Of a stretch of DNA of 64,000 nucleotides, positions 41,601 through 53,600 are shown in pieces. A program made the translations under genes and the position numbers. The number at the start of each line of letters is the position of its first letter. The stretch's first letter is position 1. Location: assembly GCA_965649765.1 (NCBI GenBank), contig OZ287755.1:27280001-27344000 (forward strand), given 5' to 3'. The notes beneath the pieces were generated by a model. That model ran no database searches. It had not been told where the DNA came from and saw only the letters and a program-made list of their open reading frames with translations. This DNA is from Bispira polyomma. Lineage: Eukaryota.

Positions 41601-44600
41601 GTGAGGTCTCGGAGGATGAGGACAGGCTGGACCTCAGTTTGGTGATTTTTTTTGAGAAATATTCGCCAAGTCTGCCACTGATTTGCAGTCAGGAAGCATT
41701 ACCGTAGAAGATTTGTGGAGTATTTTCTTGATTGAATTCAACAAAGCATTGTTAAGAGAGTTCCAAAATGTGGTTATAGCAGTGGCTTCAATTGTTAACC
41801 ACAGTGCGGTACCTGCTCCTATTTATGCTCAACGTGTCTTAGCACCAGGTACATTCCAGTTTACTCCTAACGCGTTTGGTAAACCTGATTTGCTTGTTTA
41901 TAAAACCAGTATCAGGGTGTTAAGGATTTTTTTTGTTTGCTAGTGCGTGCCTGTCGAGTAATTCTCTGAGGGTAATAAAGTACTGATGACTAGGAGTTTT
42001 ATGTGGGCACTTTATGAAGTCAGAGTTCAAAATGTCAGCCTTAAAATCCTGGGCATTAATTACGTTTAGCCTTCGGATTTTTATATGTCTGTAGTTATAT
42101 TGAACTCATGGTGGTTGCAAAAGACAGTAGCAGTTAATTTGGCTGAAAACCACCAGGTGACAGTAATATGAAAAAAAAGACATAAATAGTCTGCCTAAAG
42201 ATCAAGAAGCACCAGACGCTAAAGTGTAAGAGCAGACATATTCTGGTGAGTGTGTGCAGTAACATAAAGGGTTATAGAGAACCACACTGCTTTGTGAGTA
42301 TTGCTGTAACTCTTACAACGCATGTTTTAAGTACAATATCGATTGCAATTTTCTGGGTAGCTTCATAGCCTGGGGACATTTGGAAGACGATTTTAACTGG
42401 GATTCAACTTGAAAAGTACCATTTGTGATTAAGGGGTTGGTTTTTCAAAATCATGAGGCTGCACAAAATAAAAGACTACTTAATTGGTTGTCAAAAAGGC
42501 CAACTGCTACATATGTCTAACCCCAGTTAAAATTTTAAATGTCTTTTTACAAAGGGTGTGCCAAGAATAAAAGACTTATTTCCAGACTTATTGGTTTACT
42601 ACAACAATTTGGATACACACCTTCTACTAGAACATGGTGTATTTAAAGATGGCCAGGGATAGCAAGAGAAATTCGGTTTTAGAAAGCTCAAGCCTAATTT
42701 GCTCTCTACGGACCAGAAGACAAAAATTTGTACCACTTCTTCAAAAAGAACATCATGGGTGAAAAGTCTATCATCTTTACCAGGTTCCACAAGGCTTGTA
42801 AAACCTTTTTGAGAGGAGAGAAAGTGTGCCAGATAATTGTGGGCTATGACTACAATATCCTGTCCTGATTGGTTAAAGATGAATGGATGCCCATAGGGTA
42901 TTTTGTCAGATAGGTGCCTTCATCAGTCACAAGACCAACAAGACAAAAAATTTTATCCGGCCCTATTTTTGGCACAGATTTGAAGGCTTGAATAACACTG
43001 TGTATATATATGATAGTTGATACCATCATAAATACAGATTCCCCTAAACATAACAAGCCTGGCAGAAGTATCCCAGCAGATTCATAAGACGCTTAAACAC
43101 ACTGAAGAAAAAGCCAAATATATCAGACAATGGGGTTACAAATTGGTTTCAAAGTGTTGCAAAGTTTTGTTCACTACCACTTACTGAGGCCACAGCAGTA
43201 TCCTTCAGGGGGTCCGAGAAGGAGTTCTAAACACCAGTAATAACTAAACCCTCGTAATACATTTATAACAAGATTCATCATACAACAACTTACTACCTCC
43301 TGGGATACAACCAGCTTTCGGAATAGGAGGTTATAAGACTTGAATAGAAGCATGTAACATGCACCTTAGAATCTAATTTAATGGAGATTAGGCGCTGTAC
43401 ACACTTGATTAGATTAGATATTACAATAGTGTTTGTTTTAATATTAAAAGTTTTAATACATGACATTTTACCTTCAAAGTCAATATGTAAATACTAAACT
43501 TTAACTTACCGTTTTTAAGATACTTCCTTGGGCATTTTCTAGTGATTTTATTTTTACCAGAACATTTCTTATCTGTGAATATAAATTATATATTTTTACA
43601 CACTGCTGATATACTTAGTAAATTGCATGATTAGTCATCAAACCAACAGCAAGTATGACAAAACGCTATCCATATATACTGACATATATATTAAAAAAGA
43701 GGAAACATGTTTTAATTAAAGACATACCCTCACCAAAGCATATTGCCCGATGTTGCATGTTGTGGAAAATATTAAAGACTAAACAATATTTTATACATCT
43801 TTTTCATTACACACTGAGTACTTCTCTTACTGATGAAAGTTTAAATTATTTAAAGATTTATTATTATGAGATAAGCTTCTGATGTCTATCATTGCCTCAC
43901 CTTCATGATTTTGACATTGCTGATCAACAATACACTTGCGAGTTTTGACGCTATTTTCACATGGGCATTTGGAATAGTCCCATCTGCTCCATTTTCCAAA
44001 GTAGGCAGCTGGTAAACAATAAACAAAACATAGTACTAGCTAATAAAATAGCCATTGCTGTATGAAATAACAGAGAACAGATGGAGCTGTATTGGTACAT
44101 GTACTGAGCAGATTCATTGTGGGAGTGGTGTCAGTGTCAATAGACCACTATCACAAGTCATTTATTGTTTACAGCACATTATAATCAACCACAGACAACC
44201 CCTACCTAAGACTGGGTGACTGCTTAAACTCCTACCTAAGACTAGGTGACTCTGCCCAAACTCCTACCTAAGACTGAGTTACTCTGCCCAAACTCCTACC
44301 TAAGACTGGGTGACTGCTTAAACTCCTACCTAAGACTGAATTATTCTGCTCAAACTCCTGCCTAATACTGTATGACTTTGCTCAAACTCATACCTAAGAC
44401 TGGGTGACTGCTGAAACTCCTACCTAAGGTGGGGTGACTGCTAAAACTCCTACTTATGACTAGTCTAAAGTAATGCTACTCAATTTTACATTAAAGTTAA
44501 GGGAAATGAGCTCATATTCTGTATATGAGGAAAAAATATACTAAATTGTAACTGGATAGTCACTTTTTAAGCTACTACTTCAAACTAAATCAATAGTTTG

Positions 44601-47600
44601 TGGGAGTGTGTAGCGCTGATGCCCAATTTTCAATATAAAATCCAGTGATCAAATCATATACTAACGTGTACAACAAGGTTTCGTGTTACAGGTTCTCATT
44701 TGTTTAGATGAGGCAGGATCTGATTGTCCAAGGCAGTCTTGATTATAAGGACAGGAATTGTCACAGGTTCGAGTTCTTGTCTGTGCTCCACCTCCACAAG
44801 TCTTTGTACAGCTGGTCCAAGCTCCCCAGTTCCTCCAATTGGAATCTGTACATCACAACTCAGTTAACGTAACGAATTCAAACTCTTACATGCCTAAAAA
44901 GGTATATCATCATACACATTTGAATGCATATAGTTCAACATATGACCAACACTTCATTTAAAAGAATAAATATTGCTGACATCACAGAGAAAGACATATT
45001 TATTTATCCTTCCTGGTATATGTGATCCAATACTGAAGCTTTGATTCTGACTTACATATCTTGAAAATGTTCTAGTTGTATTAGAGGTGCTGGTTAATCT
45101 GTCTTGCCAATGCTTGATCTACTTATCAGTTATATTGTTTCCCAGAGGGTAATTGAAGCCCTCATTGTCCAAATGTTATGGCAGTGTAATATTATACCTA
45201 TAGAAAGTAAAGAACTGGAACAGTAATTTATAGTATCAACTATGTTGTTCTCTTAGTGGCCACCGTTGCAATCATATGCTAAGTTCAATTCCAAGATACC
45301 CACTCTGGTTGAAGGCAAGGTAATATTTTGGAACATCTACCATGTTTCTTTTACACTCAACTAAAACTTTAAACTTGCTATTTATGTTTACCAAATTATT
45401 TAATTGCAAAGAAACCCACAAATTTGTGTTGAATGAGATCTTACAATAAGTTAGTCAATTTTACATTAAAGAGAAATGAACTGTAATTCTGTATATGAGG
45501 AAAAAATATACTATATTGTAACTGGATAGTCACTTTTTAAGCTACTACTTTAAACTAAACCAATAGTTTGTTGGGAGTGTGTAACGCTGATGCCCAATTT
45601 TCAATATTAAATCCAAAGTAATCAAATCATATACTAACGTGTACAACAAGGTTTTGTGTTACAGGTTCTCATTTGTTTAGATGAGGTAGGATCTGATTGT
45701 CCAAGGCAGTCTTGATTATAAGGACAGGAATTGTCACAGGTTCGAGTTCTTGTCTGTGCTCCACCTCCACAAGTCTTTGTACAGCTGGTCCAAGCTCCCC
45801 AGTTCCTCCAATTGGAATCTGTACATCAAAACTCAGTTAACGTAATGAATACAAACTCATACATCCCTAAACAAGGATATCACCACACACATTTGAATGC
45901 ATATAGTTCTATACACCTTGCCCAAGCTCCCAGTTCCTCTAATTAGAATCTGTACAACACAGCTCAGTTAACATAACAAATACAAACTCATACATCCCTA
46001 AACAAGGATATCACCACACACAATTGAATGCATATAGTTCAACATATGACCAACACTTCATTTAAAAGAAATAACATTTCTGACATCACAGAGAGTGACT
46101 TATTTAATTAATTTTCCTGGCATATGTGATCCAATACTGAAGCTTTAATTCTGATTTACATATCTTGAAAATGTTCTAGTTGTATTACAGGTGATCTAAT
46201 TATCAGTTTATTGTTTCCTGGACGGTAATTGAAGCCCAACTCTGCTCAAATTACTACCTTGGACTGGGTGACTCTGCTCTAACTCCTGCTTGAGACTTGA
46301 TGACTCTGTTCAAACTCCTACCTAAGACTGGGTCACTCTGGTCAAACTCCTGCTTAAGACTGGGTCACTCTGCTCAAACTCCTGCTTAATACTGGGTCAC
46401 TCTGCTCAAACTCCTGCCTAATACTGAGTCACTCTGCTCAAACGCCTGTCTAATACTGGGTCACTCTCCTCAAACGCCTGCCTAATACTGTATAACTTTT
46501 CTCGAATTCCTACCTATGACTGGGTGACTCTGTTCAAACTCCTACCTAAAGCTGAGTCACTCTGCTCAAACTCCTACTTAAGACTGGGTCACTCTGCTCA
46601 AACTCCTGCCTAATGCCATGGTCACACTAAGTATGTTTCACTTCCGTTTAAAATTTCACAAAAGTGAGGAAACGCAAGTAGAGCAAGTCATTATTTTGAG
46701 CGTAAACAAGGTAAGCCAAAATTATATCCAAGCCGCTTTTATTACGCTTTAGGTATGTTTAATGCGTTTTCTTCCTGTTACTTTTGTATATTGACACGCA
46801 TGGAATGTAATTTTTAGCTGCTGTTTGAACCATGCTTGTGACGCCCGGCAGGTTATTTATTATGTTTGAAAATATTTAATACCTTTTGGCCACGTATTAC
46901 ACATGTTTCCTTTACGTTTTGATTCCGCTTACTACGTTTAGGGTGTGTTTTTACGCTTCAGCTGCTTCCCCCATGCTTCCAGAATGCTTCAATTACGCCT
47001 ACTACCTCCCTGGCACTTCTATTTCATTCATTGCGTTTCTTACTCATTTAATACGTCTGGGACATTTCACTTATGCAAGGTACATTTTTACAGCCATTTC
47101 TGGGGGGTATATATAGGAGTTGATCGTACATATTTTCCTTTTTTTCGAATTTCATTCTACTGTTCACTGGATTTTAACAACTTCAACAATGGCTTTTAAC
47201 TTTGTATTGGAGCAATTCTAGGACCTGCAACAAGCAATGATGGTTCAAGTACAAGCGATGAGGAATATTTTTAATGCTACTCAATATTTGTGACAGGTAG
47301 GTATGGAAGAACAGGTAGGTATGGTCAAAAGGAGAAGGCAGAGGTCTATGCCCTTGATACTTAGGAGACCACTGTTTGGATTCTACGAGCACCTATTGCA
47401 GGAGCTTGAGGCCGAAGACTCTGCCAGGTTTAGGAATTTCACCAGGATTGATCCTGTCCTCTTTGGAGAACTGGTCCAACGCCTGCAACCAAGACTGCGA
47501 AGGAAAACAGTCAATTAAAGGGCTCCCCTAGAACCAGGTTTAATGGTGGCCATCACCCTGAGGTACATGGCTACTGGCTCGGACTACAGATATCTGGTCT

Positions 47601-50600
47601 ATGGTTTTGGTGTAGCACATAACACGCTGTCTGTGATTATTCGGGAAGTTTGCTGTACCATAGAGGCAGAATACCTCAATGAAGTTATATCTGCTCCAGA
47701 CACACCCTAGGGATGGACTGATATTGCAGAATTTTTCGAGAAAAGATGGAACTTTTCCCATTGCATTGGTGACATAGATCGGAAACCCGTTGCCTTATTG
47801 AAGCCCCCTCACAGAAGATTGCAGTTCTTCAATTACAAGCGGTTCACTACAATGATACTTTTGGGTGTGGTGGATGCTGACTACAATTTTATCTAGCTTG
47901 ATGTTGGTGCAAATGGCTGCTGTTCTAATGCCCAGATCTGGAATGCGTCTTACTTGAAGAAAGCCTTAGAGGATGCCATACTCCCACTTCCAACAGCTAC
48001 TCCTTTGCCCAGTGATGACTAGCCCATGCACTATTTCTTGATCGTAGATGATGCATTTGCATTATCAAGATACATGATATAACCGTGTGGACATAGGGCA
48101 CTATCTTATGAAGATAAGATTTTTAATACCGCCTGTCCCACACAAGGAGAGTTATTGAAAATGCTTTTGGGCTCCTCATCAATAGGTTCAGATACCTCAG
48201 TGGGAAGTTGCGCCATGGTCCAGTAGCCACTCTGATCACCACAGTCTGCTGCATTTTGCACAAGTGAGGTATTCAAATGGCCAAAAACCAGAATTGTTGG
48301 ACCGAGAAGACGCACAACACAATCGGCTACCAGGGGATTTGAGAAATGGGGCAGTGTTGCAAGATATGGAGGAGATACTGATGGAAAACACGGCAAACAG
48401 AGAGGCCAAGGCTCAACGCGCCTTACTGAAGGGGTACGACATCAACCCAATAAGTGCTGTTTCCTTGCAAGACAGAATGATATGATGTATACTTTGAATA
48501 TAATTTTTGTAATTAATATGTCATTTTGTGAATAAAGGTTTCTTCTTGTTTTTTTATAACTAACTTTCAAAGGACAATTAACCACCATCAACTGGGTTTA
48601 AACCCAGAAGCAAAGAAATAGTCGTTTGACTTTCAAAAGTTTCAAATGGCCATTGTCTCAACCACCATCATCTGGGTTAAAACCTAGGAGCAAAAAACTT
48701 GTCATTTGACTTTCGAATAGACATTTATCTCAACCACTGTCAACTGGGTTCAAACCCAGAACCAAAGAACTAGTCATTTGACTTTCAAAAGTTTCATATG
48801 GCAATTGTCTCAACCACCATCAACTGGGTTCAAACCCAGGAGCAAAGAAATAGTCATTTGACTTTCAAATAGACTTTTTTCACAACCACCATTAACTGGG
48901 TTCAATTCCAAAAGCAAAGAACTAGTCATTTGACTTTCAAAAGTTTCAAATGACCATTGTCTCAACCACCATCAACTGGGTAAAATTTAAAAAAGATATG
49001 TAAGATGAATAATATATCAGACTTTTTTATTATATCAGACTTTTTTAATATATCAGAATTTTTTTAGCGCTTATTTTTGTTGTAACAAATTCAAAGGCGC
49101 AACAATGAAATAACACAAGTAACTGAAATCCAAAATTTTTAAATTTTAATTTGTAACAAAACAAAGTACATCACAAGTACATCACCAATACATGCAGGTG
49201 CCACTCTGGATACTCTAACAAAGTACATTACCAATACATAACAAGTGCTACTCTGGATACTTTAAGGAAGTACATCACAAGTACATCACCAATACATTAC
49301 AAGTGCTACTATGGATACCGTAAGGAAGTACATCACAAGTACATCACCAATACTTTACAAGTGCCACTATAGATACTTTAAGGAAGTACATCACAAGTGC
49401 ATCAGCAATACATTACAAGTGCTACTATGGATACTGTAGGGAAGAACATCTGAACTACATCACCAATACATTATAAGTGCTACTATGGATACTGTAAGAA
49501 ACTACATCACAAGTACATCACCAATAGATTACAATGTTTCATCTTCTATGGAAAAATTGTGCCATGTCCCCCCTTGGGTTTATCTGGAGCACATATAATT
49601 CCATCGTGGTATTCCACCTTTATGGAAAGGTAAACCTTTCTGATAATGACCTTAATTTACTTTTCTTTACTTTAATTTATTTGATTACTTCAATTGATTC
49701 ATTTTTAATTGTACATATTCATATTTTCAGAGATGAAAATTCATATTTTTTAGAGATGGAGATTGAGATTAACATAAAGAACATTTAACCTCTTCTTTAC
49801 TATGTGTATGTACATACTGACCATTGAAGTAAGTAGGAGGGGCGAGGCCTTTCAAGTTAAATGGGCATCACTGGAAATTATGGAAATCATACCCATCCAT
49901 TATGTGGCATCAATACTGAGAAATTATTGGAAAGATAAATACTTTTCTTTCGAAAGGAGACACCCGAAACATGGGAGATGTTAAATTAGACTCATTGAAA
50001 ACCTCTAATGGTATACCGACAATTACTATTGACCATGCAACGCTTCCCCATTTCTCAAATCCCCTGGTCAGGAAAAGATTATGACAATTGACAGTAATCC
50101 TATTATCAAGGATGCATTTATGAAAATGTACTTTGCTGGTGCCAATTAAACTTTGGCACATTATCCTGTAAAAATGTAACATTATTAAATGACAACTGAA
50201 GAGTCTACTACATGGATTTTAATTGGCATCCAAGAAAACAATTACTGAACAACATAATTGAATGACAAGAAATTGAATAAAATGTAACTGCATGATGTGG
50301 TGTTCTAGAAAGAGGAATGCAGAGACACACATTTTGGAAGAAAATGACAATAAGTTGGAAAAAGAGGATACAGCAAATCTCAACACACAGTATGAAGATC
50401 CACCTCTCTCAAGAGTAGAATGTAATTGTAATCTGTGATTTTAATTTATAATTTTATGCATAATTTTATTTTATTTATAATTTTATTGAATTTTATAAGT
50501 TTAATCAGAACAAATCAAACGTAAACATATATTTTGAGCCAGAAACGGCGGCAAAAATGGTGTAATGTGTATTAAACGGCCCATACCAAATGGAACGTCT

Positions 50601-53600
50601 TGTAAATCCCACATAGGTATAATACATTTAGGGCGGGTTCGATCCGATCCAATTATGCAAAATAGGCTTCAATTTCATTTCTATTACATTTTAAAGCTGA
50701 CCATTACGCAAATGTCAAAATTCCAAAAACATAAGAAATTTTGAGCAGTCCAAAAGAAAGACGCTTTTCAATAATTCAAATTTTTTTCAATTTTGGTCCT
50801 ATGTAAGCATACATTCACAGACATATTTTACGTATGGTACGCAAACGCCTACATAGTGGTTACGTTTCCCATTGTTTTTGCATAAGCGAGAATGTAAGCT
50901 CAGTGTGACCACGGCATTATACTGGGTGACTCTGGTCAAACTCCTACCTAAGACTGAGTGACTCTGGTCAAACTCCTACCTAAGACTGGGTGACTCTGCT
51001 CAAACTCATACCTAATACTGGGTCTCTCTGCTCAAACTCCTGCCTAATACTGGGTGACTGCTGAAACTCCTACCTAAGACTGGGTGACTCTGTTTAAACT
51101 CCAACCTAAGACTCGATCACTCTGCTTAAACTCCTACTTAAGACTGGATTACGCTGCTCAAACTCCTATTTGAGACTAGACCACTCTGCTTAAACTCCTA
51201 CCTAAGACTGTGTGACTCAGATAACTTTTTATTTGGTTATGTCAACGGCTCGACTTTTCCCTGGTTGTGTGCATGTATGATCAATGGCTAAAATCTAGCA
51301 TTAAACCATAAACTAGAGAGTAAAGACATCCCTGTAGAAGCCGGGACCCATATAACATGTTTCTTATAGACATTGTTTAGAAAAGATCCCCTACTTTAAA
51401 ATATAGTTTTTATGCTCATTACCTTATACACATACATAATTTATGCATGGTTTTATTTTTTGTTTACGTCACTTACAACAACATAAAATATTACGACAGG
51501 CAGTTTATTGGTATACCAAGGCAATCATGTCAGTTGGTCCAGGTTGAACCCTATTGGTCGACTAAATCAATTATGTCAGTTGGTCAATGTTAAACCCTAT
51601 TGGTAAACTAAAGCAATCCTGTCAGTTGGTCCAGGTTGAACCCTATTGGTAAACTAAAGCAATACTGTCCGTTGGTCAATGTTAAACCCTATTGGTAAAC
51701 TAAAGCAATCCTGTCAGTTGGTCCAGGTTGAACCCTATTGGTAAACTAAAGCAATCCTGTCAGTTGGTCTAGGTTGAACCCTATTGGTAAACTAAAGCAA
51801 TCATGTCGGTTGGTTCAGGTTGAACCCTATTGTTAAATTAAAGCAATCACGTCAGTTGGTCCAGGTTGAACCCTATTGGTCGACTAAAGCAATTATGTCA
51901 GGTGATCAAGGTTTAACCCTATGATTTGATCCAATCAAGTGTGTGAAAATGGGAGAATACCACTTTTAAAAGTTAGCACTTGTATCAATTGTCTGTGTTC
52001 CCGGGCATTATCTTAATAATGCCACAGTGAGTCTATAACTTTTGGGAATGAGAACAATTGTAAATAATTTGTCTTAAAAGTTTTAAATATGGTTGATGTA
52101 TAAGTAAATGTTTATTTCATGTACACAATGAATTGTTAAAGAAAAGCAGGTACACACAAGCTACATAAATGTGGACTAAACATACGTCAAACAATCATTT
52201 CCCACTCCTTTTAATGGTGTAATGTGTTTTTTTAGCAACTGAGACGTTTGTCAACGTCTCAATCTCTCTGTGTCTCTTAAAATTAATTGTGCTTTAGATT
52301 CATTTTAATTCATATGAAGTAATGGAAAGGCTAATAAAGCTTTCGAGTATATTAAAATATGAAATGATTAAAACAATACAAAAATTAATCTTATATAACA
52401 AACTTCTGCAACCAATACTGACGGTAAAAAATTGAAATTGACTAAAACGGTTTTTAATAAGACACCAACATAATGTACTGTGTTTTTCTGTATAGTTCTA
52501 AACATGTGTCTTTTTCGAAATTAATAGTGCACCTTGTATAACTTTAAAGAGGCACTGTGTTTAATAGTGGGTGTTTGATACAAATATTGGACAGACAGTT
52601 AGCCTACGCTTCCTTTCAGCACATTCCGACGTCGTCTGATTTGTGTGTGTCCGATACGATCCGATGTCGACCAATGTTGTGCTTCCTTTCATCAGATATA
52701 TACCAAAAATTCGTCGGATATTGATGTTGAAAATGGCTTTAGAAAGCTTATTTGTTTATGATTATTGCTTTTTCCCCACCAAAATTCATTGAGAAAGGGT
52801 TAAGATATATGCAGTTTAGTAAGGGTACACCTTTTTACTTCCTAGTATGTAAGTTATGACATAGCTGCAAAACTGACGTCATTATGACGTTGCTGTGATA
52901 AGTTACTCACAGTAGAAGAGGAAGTTTAATCGGTACCTATCTATTAATTTAAATATCTGAGCCGTTTCTGAACGAATTTTGGTGGAAAAAAGCACAGTAA
53001 TTACAATAAAATAGTCTTTTTTAGGCCATTTTCAATTTCAACATCCAACAAATATTGAGTATATATCGGATGAAAACTATACCTACCACAGTGTTTTTCT
53101 ACCCATTTTTGTCTCAAAATCGGTCACTCCTCCTGATTTTTCCCCTCCCTGACAGATAAAATCTGTTGTCCAAACAGACGTCGACCGACGTCTGATCGGA
53201 TCTGATGCAAATCTGCTAAAAAAAAGCACTTGGTAGTATTGTATAATGTGATGAAAGTAAGCGCAGGCTTAAGTGTAGACAACTTACGTTTACACTGCTG
53301 GCAGCAGTTCCTGGTATCCGTCGCACTTCCACGACAATTACTGGCCGAGCAAGTCCGTGTCCTCTTCTACAAAGACACAACATATTGATTAAGAAGCATT
53401 GCTTCAGTTCACACTTCTTACACTAGATATTTACTGGATAGTGTTCTGTATATAGTAAGTATAATCGTAAGTAGCTCTCACCTGGACACAGTAACTACAG
53501 ATGCTCCAGGGTGACCAGTTATTCCAAGAAGCTCCAGGCACTGAAAACACAACACACACCAGTCTCAGACAAGTAACCAGGTGATTTGTGAAAACAACAG

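Larger units (their letters stand above)
46614..50916 (+). mobile_element. PIF/Harbinger DNA transposon, 4.3 kb
   Basis: TIRs TGCCATGGTCACACT / AGTGTGACCACGGCA flanked by TAA / TTA; nuclease relic inside. Confidence 0.9.

Noticed and set aside
51472-51530. Possible extra TSR exon end (..CRNILCC|gtaagt on minus strand)
   Set aside because: In-frame stop just upstream, no WxxW motif, and it runs into a minisatellite; at most a decayed remnant.
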